From the NCBI RefSeq assembly GCF_001194135.2, contig NC_068998.1, forward strand, positions 49,748,455 to 49,812,454: a stretch of DNA of 64,000 nt. The letters are read 5' to 3'. This DNA comes from Octopus bimaculoides (lineage: Eukaryota). Below are positions 13,518-26,885 of this stretch, piece by piece. Position 1 is the first letter of the stretch. The number at the start of each line of letters is the position of its first letter. A program made the position numbers and the translations under genes. Under the pieces are notes generated by a model. That model was not told the origin of the DNA. It did not search any database and saw nothing but the letters and a program-made list of their open reading frames with translations.

Positions 13518-14499
13518 ATAATTGAAATCGTACAGACACGTAGGTATCCATCCTGAATACTTGACATACAGTTGTGTTGTGTATGGTTGCTTATTACATT
13601 ACAGGTATATTTTAAATATAGATAAGTACTTCTATATTTCCAACTATTGCATTTTGGATTATTTCGATATTAGTTGCAAATGTTGCCACATGGCCAGTAA
13701 TTTCGAGGGAGAAGTTTAGGCAATTACACCGAACAGGTTTCTCAACTGCAACTTATTTAATCACCCCCAAAATGATGAAATGCAAATTCAACCGCTGAAT
13801 TTGAACACGGCACATAAAGTCACACCTTATGCCGTTAAATGTTTTTCTGCATTACTATCAACATCAGCCATCTCACCACCTTAGATGATTTCAAAATTTG
13901 TACAACACCATCAACCTCGAATTATGAGGCTTTTGTGTTTCATCTGCAGCTTGTAGCCAATATAAGGTAAACAACAGCGTTTCAACAAAAGAGTAATACT
14001 GCCCCGAGAATCTGAAGGGGTGAATTGCCCGCAGACATACGGGAATATATCTGCAGTCTCTAGACATATTCACAGAATGAAAATAAAGAAAAGAATATTA
14101 GAATTTAACATTTAAGTCAATATAAAGTAAGCATTTTAATTTAACATTCAATTATGTCATACAAAATTAGAAAACTAACGTCGTCGTATAATTTGACAAC
14201 CTGATGTGATAAAGATAAATACACAACACAATGACTCGTTATTTTTCATATATATTCAGAAAATGATACCTTACAACCAATAAAAAAAAATCATGCAGAC
14301 CAGTGTAATACACTCGATGTATTTGTCAACACTTTTCGACAAGGAAGAAAGTTTTATTATTATTTACATAGCTGTTGCTAGTGTTTTATACAGCCGTTCC
14401 TCGTTTCACGCAGAGATGTCAAGTAACAGCATTTTGAGCGTTTTCCTGTGACTGTCCATCAGAGAACCTCAAGTCCAACCTTGGCTTTTCATTGCTAAC

Positions 14500-16150
14500 C
14501 TCCACTTCCATTACAAAAACAGCACATTCCTGGAAGGCTTCGTTCTCTTAATCGGGTATAGACAGAGTGGGATCATGGCTACCCCTACCCTGAATATACT
14601 GGAACACATGGTACTCCATGCTTCACAAAACATCGCTTTGACCCGGAGATACGTTGACGAAGCATCCGTCTTGACTAACTCCAGAGATAAGTCGACCAGG
14701 ATCCCCAATAGCTTTCAAAGCCTCTATCACAACATCCAGTTTGAGATTAAACACCAAGCCACTAGTTGCTCACTGAGACTCCTCGACTTCTTTATATAAA
14801 GATATGCAACAAACCGTTTCTTCGAGAAACAGGCGAAGAAAGACATCTTCCACTACTCGGGTTCATCATATCCACTGTTGTTGATGCAAATTGTAGCCTT
14901 TAACGAGTTCAACAGCCGCGTAAGCAGGTGCGACGTGGCTGAAATAGAGAACCATCTAAGGACAGAATTCATTAAGATACTGCACCTCACATGATGCAAT
15001 CCTATATTCATAGAAAATGTGTGCAACACTCTAAACACACGGGAACGGCAGTTACAAAGACACCGCGACAATTCTATCTGGTAGAAGAAGAATAGCAACG
15101 ATGACGACGTCGACGACGATGACAAAAACAACGATGACACCGACAACATCCACAACAGCAAAAGCAACAACTACAGACACAATGGTGGCAGACGAACTTA
15201 TGACGATGAAGGTGATGGTGACCACAACAACAACTCCAACAACCACCACAGCAGTGGTAACTCTCGCAATCACGATAAAAATAACAACATCAACATTGGC
15301 AGCAGCAGCAGTAACTGGAACAATAATAAACAGCAGCAGAGTAGCAACGGCAGTGACGGGAACAACAGTAATAACAACGACGATCTTAGAAACTAAAACA
15401 GCAGCAGAGTCGGAGACAGTAATAGCAGAACCAACAACAACAACAATAGTCAAAAAACAACGAAAAGGATGAAGAAAGAATGAGAGGAAGAAAGGAAGGA
15501 AGAAAGAAAGAAAGATAAAGAAAGAAAGAAAAAAGTAAAGAAAGAAAGGATGACGGAAAGTAAGGAAGAAAGAAATGAAAATGTAAGGGTTAGGTTACGT
15601 CAACTTTCCATACAATGGTGACAAAGCAGAAAACAAGATAAAGAACATCGAAAAATGTTGTCTGCCCATCAGAATAGCCTTGACACTACCTCTCACAAAA
15701 ACAAAACACTGGACACATGCTGTTTGAACCAAGACCCAATCAAAGCAAAACGGCCAAAGGTCAGCGGCCAGTTATGTTTTAAAACTCACGCAGTGTATCA
15801 AATGACGTGTTTATGTGAGCTAACGTAAATAAGATCGACGAAAAGACAGCATTCCCACAAGCTCACACCTCTCGTTGTGCGTATTCCAACAAACCCAGCA
15901 ATGCGTAGTAGAGATTTATCCATCCTTATACTGGCAAAGGGAACAAATAGTGTCAACCAGAGAATCGCGGACGAACACTTCATTAGGAAGAAATCACCTA
16001 ACCTTAAATGCCGGAGCGAGCACAACGTTTGGAGGTTAAACTACTGCTTCCAGAGCCTTTCACAAGTACCCGCAAGGACCCCATAAAATGTAAACTGGAA
16101 AAATGTCTGAAGAAGAACCGTTGATCCGAAAACGCTTACAAGAGTAAATA
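14500..16150 (+). mobile_element. Penelope-like retroelement relic (RT plus GIY-YIG-like fragments), interrupted by microsatellites at about 15090-15580
   Basis: RRYVDE (cf. RYVDD) and FEIKH..SLRLLDF RT motifs at 14575-14799. VYQMTCLCE..IRST resembles GIY-YIG near 15795. 3' motif ctgaagaaga...ccgaaaacg near 16107-16135. Confidence 0.7.
15095..15580. repeat. Degenerate (ACA/ACG/GCA)n trinucleotide tract followed by (GAAA)n
   Basis: Direct inspection. This tract is the source of the spurious Thr-rich ORF 15101-15472. Confidence 0.9.
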
Positions 16151-16243
16151 TAACCTAACAACTTGCAACAAGGCTGTCCACATTACCCGCCACATGTAGG
16201 TCCTATCTTTCTCTCTCCATATCTGTATTTGTATCAATCTATC

Positions 16244-16274
<31 letters not shown>

Positions 16275-16948
16275 CTATCTTCTATCTATCTATCTATCTA
16301 TATATATATATCTGTCTGTCTGTCTGACTGTTTGCCTGTCTATCTATCTATCTGTCTATGCGTCTACAGCATTTCTGTTCCCCTCACATGACAACGGATT
16401 TCGCCTTAACTAGAACTCCCCCCCCCATCATATGACAACGGATTTCGCCTTAAATAAAACTACGCCCTTTAACTTTCCTTAGAGACACGTTTAGGATGGA
16501 ACAGATCTCGTACAATTCAAACGTCTCCTGAACATATACCACCAAATAATTTTAGTTTTAACCACGGAACTATAATTTTTTGCGAAAGTTATTAATACGT
16601 GTTTAATAGGCAATCAGTAGCTCTTTAAGTGTATGGTCTATTGTAATCTAAAATTAAGATTACAACATGAAATACATAATGACATTTCCATCTGTTATTA
16701 TAGTCCGAGGTGATGAAGTTTAAAAAATATTCAAGTGTGTAGGTTTCTAACTATATGATAATATGTGAAAATCACATGCTCTGCAAATCATTGAATGGTT
16801 GAAAACATATCGTAATGAATCACCTCTCAAAATTAATCTGTCATTCTCGATGTCAGACATCTGTTACAATCCTCTTTATTAAAAAAGACAAAGCTACATA
16901 TTCAATATTATTACAGATGCAAACTTTTACGATTACCCGATATTAACG

Positions 16949-17539
16949 ATGAACATTATTATCTTCGCTTTAGTCCTAACTTTTGGTAAGATTTTTCTTC
17001 ATTCATATTCATTTAAATGTAATTTGCAATTCCAAACATGTTCTACGATTTTGAATCTATCATAAAGCTGAACACCAGCCACAAAATAATAAAAAAAACA
17101 TCCGAACACCACACAACACACATACACACATACGCATGTATATGGAAATATATATAAATGTAAACATATGAACATGTTTATGTTCATAAGTGAGAAGGTG
17201 ACCTTTGAGATCACAGGAGCGCGTGGACACGAGATGAAATGGAAAGATAGGGCAGTGTGGATAGCTGCGGTGTATCACTAGAGGGGAAGTTGAAACGATG
17301 AAGCGATGGACTGAAGACCAGCGTGGCCCTGTTTGGCCTCGAAAGAATGGTGGTGATCGGGCGCGTGCGGGCGCGACGTTGACACGCGGCCTTAGCAGTA
17401 GCTACTACCGATAGGCGAGATGCATAGGTTACGTCCTGCATTTAACATGGCTGGACAACCGATACAGGGAGTTAGGTGAATTCCGTTCTCTTCCTCACAT
17501 TACAATTCGCTCACGCTAAAGTTTACATATCTATCTATA

Positions 17540-17588
<49 letters not shown>

Positions 17589-17694
17589 GTATGTCTGTCT
17601 GTCTGTCTGTGTGTGCGTCTGTCTGTCTGTCTAATCTGTCCGTCTGTCTGTCTGGCTGGCTGGCTGGCTGTCTGTCGCTTTGTCTCTGTGTGTG

Positions 17695-17769
<75 letters not shown>

Positions 17770-19697
17770 ACCTACGTATCAGTCTAAGCATATATGTATA
17801 TATGTGAATATGTTTAGATTCATTCATGCATATAGGTAAACACACACGTGAACCAAGACTATGCGAGCGAATTTGTTGCATATTTCGAAGATCGAATATG
17901 TCATCATTTCTATTGTAACATATCGATGAATGTTTGAACCATTTTTAAAATCTCATTTGACTTAGATTTTTCTCTCAAAAAGAAGACCTAGTCGGGTATC
18001 TTTTTATAGAAATCCGTTCATACTAGTTCATACTATATTATTTCTGCGCTGTTTATTGACTTGCAGATATGGTAATATATAATAAATTCTCTACTGCACC
18101 TAACTATCTTTGTTTTAAATAATTAGCAAAATATCCGTAACATAAATTTCATCCACCGGACGTATCATCATATAACACAAGCAGGTATAATTTTTTTAAT
18201 CGTTCACCGCGGATTCATTATGTCTTGAAAGGTTTACAGACTATAAAGGATGTTTTACTAAGTGATGTATTAGTTAAAAAGGGGAACAATAACCATCATC
18301 AAGATTTAAGAATTAAAGAAAATTCATTTTCGAAATTTCTAGGTGTTGCGGTGTCAGATGATTGCAATGTATTGGCAGAGAAACGCTGTAGGTTGTCCAG
18401 TAAATATTTCCACACACTCAGACATGATGTCCGTTTTTGCAGGTATATACATATTCAAACTGTAAGAGTTACAATTACAATATTTAAATATCCAAAGTCG
18501 GTGATCAGGCAGAATCGTTAGCTGACCCGGAAAAAAGCTTAGCGACATTTGCTCCAAATTCTCCCGAGGGAGGCTTTGTCTTTTATCCCTTCGGGTTCGA
18601 TAAAATAAGTACCAATCAAGTACTGAGGTCGCTGTAATCGATTTACTAAATTTACCCGAAATTTATGGTTGTGTGCCAAGATATTTATTCAGTATAACAA
18701 TATGTAATTATTTTTCGTCTGTCTCTAGGTTCTGAATTCAAATTCCGCTTTTGCGGTCGAATACTTAAGTACCATTTGCGTACTGGGTCGATGTAATCTA
18801 CTGGCCCCCTCCCCGTCAAAATTTTCCCTTATGAAAGGTAATTGAGTGCCATTCCGAGTTCATGTACCCATATCAACATCCAGCCCATGAGGTATATCAT
18901 TGAGCGGGAACGTAAACTGTATGACATCAATGGACACTGATCAGTTTAGATCGATCGAAAGCTTTCTATATGGCCGACAATCAATTCTTAGCGACTGTAT
19001 TGAACGCTGTGAGTTTCTTTCCCATCATCCACGTTTAGATTGCCGCAATATATAATAACAGGTACTTGGTGAATCGGGAGAATATTTATCTATCGTAAAT
19101 ATTTCTTATACTGCACTCGGTGCGTGAATATCGTCCACTCTCGTGTTTTCAGTTTCGACTAGCTCAAGAAAATCTACTTTGGAAACTGGAGACGTTGATG
19201 TGTATCTGGCGGGAATTAGGTTGAGTGAGCTGTGTCGGCATTCACGGTCGATGTCCCGTTACCGTTTTCAATTGGTCACTCGGTACATAGATCTACAATA
19301 TGGTAGAGCGACAACCATATTGTAAATCAGTGCAGAAATATGAACGACAAGTTTTGAAAATGGAATGAAGAGAACAATAGGAGGCACGTGTAACTGTGTC
19401 ACCGAAAAGGTCAGAGAATATGTGAATATAGAGCTGTAACAGAGAAACTAAAATAATTTTAAACTGACATATATTCTAAAAATGCCGTTGGTGTATTTAA
19501 TTGGTAAAATATAAACATCTCCATGTAAAAGAATTTGTTCCAACATCGAGAACCACGCAAAACAAACACATAAACGTGTGTGCCACAAGAGCGGCCAGAG
19601 ATTTTTTTCCGGCTGATGCACCAAGACTTTCAAATCAGTGGTCTTGCATGGCCGCAATCAAAAGACTGAAAGTATTAAAAGAATAAAAGAATACGCA

Positions 19698-19750
<53 letters not shown>

Positions 19751-21198
19751 CCGGTATTATGCACGCGATTACTGTGAATAAAATCTAATTTCTTGTAAAA
19801 TAGAATTGAGCAACATAAAAATTTATGCCCGTCCTTCTATGATACTGACAGATTAATGGTTTTGTCTTTCAGACGACTCAGAAGAAATAGAGTTTGTGCT
19901 TTTAAAATAAGTGATGAATGTTTTAAATATTTCAAGTTCTACAATCATTATAAATGTGTGGTAAGACCATATGTATTGTTTCTTCAATTTTTCCAATTCG
20001 GAGTTATTTGGCTANNNNNNNNNNNNNNNNNNNNNNNNNNNNNNNNNNNNNNNNNNNNNNNNNNNNNNNNNNNNNNNNNNNNNNNNNNNNNNNNNNNNNN
20101 NNNNNNNNNNNNNNNNNNNNNNNNNNNNNNNNNNNNNNNNNNNNNNNNNNNNNNNNNNNNNNNNNNNNNNNNNNNNNNNNNNNNNNNNNNNNNNNNNNNN
20201 NNNNNNNNNNNNNNNNNNNNNNNNNNNNNNNNNNNNNNNNNNNNNNNNNNNNNNNNNNNNNNNNNNNNNNNNNNNNNNNNNNNNNNNNNNNNNNNNNNNN
20301 NNNNNNNNNNNNNNNNNNNNNNNNNNNNNNNNNNNNNNNNNNNNNNNNNNNNNNNNNNNNNNNNNNNNNNNNNNNNNNNNNNNNNNNNNNNNNNNNNNNN
20401 NNNNNNNNNNNNNNNNNNNNNNNNNNNNNNNNNNNNNNNNNNNNNNNNNNNNNNNNNTATATATATATATATGGATCTTTTCACTTTGGCTGCCAATTCT
20501 ATTGAAAAGTTTATAAGTTTATTATATCTATTTGTTTTCCAGGAAGAATATCGGGAGATATTACACATCTTTCAGAAAAAAAAAGAAAAATGTTGAAGAC
20601 AATTAAATTTTGATCATTTTAACCCAGTTATAAAACAGTATATGGAAGCTGTCATTTTGTGCGTGATAGCACGTGTTGTCAACTGTGCACATACGAAAGG
20701 AATTTTAATTTTCAGAATTGTTTTGAAAAAAATTGTATATTACCTGCAGGTATTAATACGACTGGGCAGAAGCCAATGAAAAAAGTTAGGGAGGTGCGTG
20801 ATTTAAGAGAATATTTGAGGGGATATTCCGTGAAAAACATATATTTGTTGACATATGCTTTCTAGCAAAAAATAAAAGATTTTTCAGGCTTGACTTGTTA
20901 CTATGGAAACAGGCATGAATTTCTCTGTGGCATAAGATTGGATAACATTACCCAAAATTAATGAACTTTAAATATAGAAACTCTATATTTCTTGATTTAT
21001 GACGAAGAAGAATTTCAAGGTATCGATAGAATATGAATTTCTGTCAATAGAGTGGCTGTTCTTTTATTCTTTTAACTTTTTACTCATTTCAGTCATTTGA
21101 CTGTGGCCAAATCGAATGCAGGAGTCATTCTTTGTAAGCCTAGTTAATATCCTGTTCTACCAAACCACTAAATTATCAGTTGTCAAGCGATTGCGGGG

Positions 21199-21255
<57 letters not shown>

Positions 21256-22261
21256 NNNNNNNNNNNNNNNNNNNNNNNNNNNNNNNNNNNNNNNNNNNNN
21301 NNNNNNNNNNNNNNNNNNNNNNNNNNNNNNNNNNNNNNNNNNNNNNNNNNNNNNNNNNNNNNNNNNNNNNNNNNNNNNNNNNNNNNNNNNNNNNNNNNNN
21401 NNNNNNNNNNNNNNNNNNNNNNNNNNNNNNNNNNNNNNNNNNNNNNNNNNNNNNNNNNNNNNNNNNNNNNNNNNNNNNNNNNNNNNNNNNNNNNNNNNNN
21501 NNNNNNNNNNNNNNNNNNNNNNNNNNNNNNNNNNNNNNNNNNNNNNNNNNNNNNNNNNNNNNNNNNNNNNNNNNNNNNNNNNNNNNNNNNNNNNNNNNNN
21601 NNNNNNNNNNNNNNNNNNNNNNNNNNNNNNNNNNNNNNNNNNNNNNNNNNNNNNNNNNNNNNNNNNNNNNNNNNNNNNNNNNNNNNNNNNNNNNNNNNNN
21701 NNNNNNNNNNNNNNNNNNNNNNNNNNNNNNNNNNNNNNNNNNNNNNNNNNNNNNNNNNNNNNNNNNNNNNNNNNNNNNNNNNNNNNNNNNNNNNNNNNNN
21801 NNNNNNNNNNNNNNNNNNNNNNNNNNNNNNNNNNNNNNNNNNNNNNNNNNNNNNNNNNNNNNNNNNNNNNNNNNNNNNNNNATATATATATATGTGCCCA
21901 TGTACGGGTATATGTACGTTATATACATGATTAATTTTTTATTTCAGTTTCATGGCGGAGCAGATATAAACAGAAATACGGTAGGTAGTGCCAATGTAAA
22001 ATATTGTTAGTATTTCACCAATATGGTAGAGCAAAGTAGGTGTAGTTTTGAAACGATAAGTCTTGGTTATCAACGAATAAACATCTCAATATCTAATAAG
22101 TGCAACTTGAGTAGTATTTTCCTTCAGAATTTTCACGTATACCATTCGTAATATTATGGCAGTAAATGCGTTGCTAACAAAAAAAAAAGAGTTTAAATAA
22201 CTTTGAAATATGTCACTAATGTACCTGAAAAATAAGATATATACTGAAATATGTATTTGAT

Positions 22262-22324
<63 letters not shown>

Positions 22325-22681
22325 ATAGTAGTAGTAAAACGTCTACTATATCAGTTGTTATGAATAATGCACGCTTATATCAAGGCATCACAATTGCCGT
22401 AACATATAAAAGCAAATTCTATTTAGGGAATTTCAACATGACACATCGTAAAAAGCTAATACCGTTTAGCAATATTTGTACATATATTTATATGGATGTA
22501 TTTAGCTTTACTCGTGGTGTATAATGCCTTTAACACTTCTAGGGACGACTTCGCATGTCGAATCCCTGTTTTCATCGTTATAACAAAAGATCTGCGTTGC
22601 GTGTTATATAAACAATGCCGTTTCGTACAACACTGCTTCTGTCACTAGTATTTAATTTATCCTTCTCTTTCTTTCTTTCTT

Positions 22682-22720
<39 letters not shown>

Positions 22721-23366
22721 CTCTATCTCTTTCATCACCCTCCTTACCACCGGCTCCTCATCCATCTTCTCAATGTGACCAAAGCAACTCAAAATTCGTC
22801 TATCCATTTTGGTTGTTTGTTTATCTCTTAATCCGCCTCGCCTTCCGCATCTCCTCATTCGTCATCCTGTCCATCGCATCACACCAACCACAGCCCTCAA
22901 ACACCTCATCTCAAGCACATCCAGACGCCTCCTTTCCCCCTCTCTGAGCCATATAATATTGTCGGCACAACCTCTTTTCGTTTTTCATACTAAACCTTTC
23001 ATCTCAGAGCTTATAGATGATAGGAAAGCTTGGAGAGTGCTTGTGGACGGATGAGAGAATGTGATGTTGCTCAAAGCGGTACGGAACCAGCATGGTCCAG
23101 AGGGGTCAAATTAGAATATGCAGTTGGGTCCCGGTGGTGATATTGGGTTTTGCGGTCTATACCGTGACGCAAGCATAGGACAGGACACGCATCTATGAAC
23201 TTGGAAATTAATGGAATGCCTGGTGTGTATCTTGTGCGTAGCCCCTCCTAAAAATGGGGAAAAGGCCCGAGTACATGTATGTATCTGTATGCATATATAT
23301 ATATAAAAGTATTAGGTGAATTGTTAATGATATTGCTGTTATTGCTGTGGATTCTATTATCAATAT

Positions 23367-23425
<59 letters not shown>

Positions 23426-23426
23426 G

Positions 23427-23486
<60 letters not shown>

Positions 23487-23712
23487 ATAATAGCGATACC
23501 AATAACGATAATGCGATTACTGTTTTTTATAATGACGTAATTCTTCCATTCTTCTATTTAATGTTACGTAAGAAACAGCTACAATGAGCTGACGATTATC
23601 CATCACGTGTTATATAATATATCATAAATAACATTTCAAATCCTCTTTGCAGGTCAGGCTGGAAAGATTATTGGCTTTTGCGTTTGTCGCTCAATTAATT
23701 ATAACGAAATAA
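16949..23712 (+). CDS. Gene A: 105-aa signal-peptide, 6-Cys, putatively GPI-anchored protein. Exons 16949-16985, 18343-18442, 19873-19960, 21948-21980, 23653-23712
   Basis: All introns are GT-AG and the spliced frame is open: [105 protein letters not shown]. Exon sizes 37/100/88/33/60 nt, phases 1-2-0-0, matching four paralogues in the window. AATAAA overlaps the stop. Confidence 0.85.
17527..17770. repeat. (ATCT)n/(GTCT)n/(GGCT)n compound tetranucleotide microsatellite
   Basis: Direct inspection. Confidence 0.95.
22725..23270. mobile_element. RTE-clade LINE 3' relic with inverted 5' part (minus 22725-22960, plus 22995-23270), in intron 4 of gene A
   Basis: Minus strand: [18 protein letters not shown] and [21 protein letters not shown] (cf. 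RLRWFGHVERM). Plus strand: [11 protein letters not shown]. Confidence 0.65.
23368..23485. repeat. (TAC)n microsatellite
   Basis: Direct inspection. Confidence 0.95.
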
Positions 23713-26700
23713 AGAATCTATTGTAATAAATATATTGTATTATTTCATGTCTTGGTGAATTTGTCTTTGTTTTCGTATGCCTTCCGTTTAGTATTGGTCA
23801 TTACACCATGACGAATTCGTTGTAATTATGTTGCATATTTTTAAGATGGTGGATAATCCAAAGACTGAAAGCTACATTTTATGTATAAAATGTTTTATTT
23901 AACCATTTATTTAACTCAGTCATTGAAGTTCGGTCATGATAGCTTTAGTCGACCTCAGCATTCCTCTAAATGTGGTAATCATTCTATCATCATTCTTTGC
24001 CGAATGTTTAATTTACAGGGAGGTAAACACACCAACACAGGCTGTCAAGTTCTTGTGGAGTACAAAACACATATGAATACACACACACACAAACACAGAT
24101 GCATGTGTGTTAAATTTCCACAGTTTCAATCACCCAAATACTCTAAAAAAGCATTGGGCGATCCGTAGATATAGATTAAGTCACTCATCGAAGTTGTGAT
24201 TTGGGATTGTATTGGAAGCCACATGAATGCAAAGCGAGTTTCTTTATCGCACAGCTATGACTGCGCCAACATTGTTGCGCCCATCTTTTCTGAAATATAA
24301 AATAATTCTTGTAGTTTTTGAAAATAAGATTAATTATGAGTGTTCCATTCTGTGTTAGGAGGATGAACAATGTGGATTAATCATATGAGTTGATGAAGAA
24401 AATATCGATCTACCAGTGACTAAACTGGCACCCCTACCACATTCACTTGACGAGGTATTGCCTAATATCATCTGTATCGCATATCATCTGCATAGTCTAT
24501 ATCTGAAGGCTTAGTGAGACGAAAAACAAACTACATTGAGACGTGTGCACAAGTGCGTTAATAACAAACCAAGTTGAATATATGTTGGCTTTTACATATG
24601 TAATGTGATAATAAGATCATTATCTTCTTCACCTTAGACAGATAGTTGTTCTTAGTTTGTAATTTTAAGCAAGAAGTGAACCATAGAAGTATGGATTCCG
24701 GGGAAGAATTTAGTATATTGAAATACTAAAATCCATGTATAGAAAATCTGTATTAGATATTGAGAAAATACGAGGATAAACTTCGAATACGAAAGATCAG
24801 AGTACCAAAATCAGATGAATATCATTATCTCTACATTGGGGACAATAGATTAATCAAATTCATTGAAAAGGGACTACAAAATAAATCATGTTTGTTCATA
24901 TTACCTGTGAAAACAAACGATACCATCACACTGATATAGGCAGGTACTAATATACTTGTAACTTTCTTCTGCCAAAAAAAAAAAAAACAGATTCGTAAGG
25001 ACGAACAAGTATCCTATTGAAATAGGGGGATAATAACGAAGATTAATGAACCAGGAAAGTTGGATGTCAGCTGCACCCCAGAATGTATGGAGGATTTATG
25101 AAGCAAAGAGAGAAAGATTACGAAAAGTGTACATATAGGGAAAACTAATTTTAGAACAACAATCGAAAGACTAAATCTGAGTGTAAAGACCAAATCTGCA
25201 AACATCAGAAAATTTGATGGTAAAACAACCAAGTAAAATTTTATGAGGAGAAATTTTGGTGAAAATTAATTGCGATCTAAAAAGCAGAGAGGATAAGTCT
25301 AGTGGAAAAATACATTAAAAATGTTCAAACACAGGATGATGTAACCATTATGGAAGCAAATATCGGAATAGAATTTGAAAATGTAGGGATGAGGGTAGCT
25401 TCAGGACTATACCTAGTGCATGCCTAGTGGAAGAGAGTACAAGTCTCATCAGGTTAACAAAGCAAGTACATAAGTGTACATTAATGAGAAGTGTACATTA
25501 ATGAGAAGTGTAACACTGTGGCTATAGAAAGAAATTAAAACTAGCGAATGCAGAAAGATAGATTTAAAGGAAATTTCGAGTTCATGGCAAATAGTTCTTT
25601 GCCACTTGTTTTTCTTAAATAGATTCCAAACTTTGAAATGTCTTATTTTCTCGAGACAATAACAACTTTCACATGACAGGAGATTAGTTTATATAATGGT
25701 CACCAGCAAAAGAAGTTATTCCGGTGAGTTATCAGATTACAAGTCCCAGTTTGTGCCACTTCCACTGTTGTGGATGAATTCACGTGACTTTAAATCGCTT
25801 TAGAGATTTAAAATTAATTTTTGTAAGAAGATATTGAAGGAGGATCTTTTTCGAACTGTAGTCACCCTGGAATGATATTTTTAAAAAGTTTCATAAATAA
25901 AAGGATTTTCATGTAGCTAATTGCCTCTTCCTACATTTCCGCTGAAAACTCATGAGTGTAGATGTTTTTCTCTTGCTGGAATTTTCATAATTTTTTCCAA
26001 TTGTAAAAAGTAATGATTCGCTACATTTTTATCCATATTCAGTTGCTGGACCACAAGCTGTGAAAAGATATTTACACGAAATATAAATTTGTAGATCAAT
26101 ATTCAGTCCGCTTGCAATATGTATTTTTTGTAAAATGAGTGATATACAGACTGCTACTATCCATGCAGCGATCAAAACATTACTTCCGACTTTAGTTTAT
26201 CCCAATTCCCCTAGAATCTACCCCTTTTAGGATGGGCAGTGATATTCAAGAAAGACGTAAAAGGGAATGGTTGTGTAGGACCTGAATACTCATCTATCAC
26301 TCGGGTCTTACGCAGCGAATACGTCTGCCGTTGAAGCGCATGTCATGGGTAAAAGTTTCAAACAATGTTAAGCTGTTTCCCATATTATATGATCTCCACT
26401 GGACATAAAATATTCACTAACATAAATTTTTAGAACTTGTAGAAAATTAACACGTATGTGTGAAACTTGAACACTTAAAAACAACTAAACAGGTTTTAAT
26501 ATGACATGGAGGCCATTAAGATGATAAATTCATTTTTAAAAATATGTCTTCTATAAATCATATTCATTTGTGAATTTCTTTATTTGTCTATTTGTTTATT
26601 TCCTTATCCAATGATTGTCAACATCTGTTGCAATGCCTTATATATTTCATTTGTAATGAGACAAGTGCATAGTAAAAGCTAGTCATTAAAAAAAATAAAA

Positions 26701-26844
26701 CACCCATGAAAAACAAGCGTACTCTTCACATCGCTCCTGATTTTCGAAAAGTACTGCAATATTATTTGCTTATTTTCATATAGGTACTTGGGATGTTGAT
26801 ATGTTTGAGATACGATAAGTTGAACGAAAGAAAGAAGAGTGAGA

Positions 26845-26885
<41 letters not shown>

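Noticed and set aside
14260-14380. ADQCNTL motif resembling gene D exon 2 (ADCNTL)
   Set aside because: It lacks the second Cys at +8 and the FC|gt donor, so it is probably chance.
15101-15472. Mucin-like Thr-rich ORF
   Set aside because: It is a degenerate trinucleotide microsatellite inside a Penelope-like relic, with no signal peptide or splice context.
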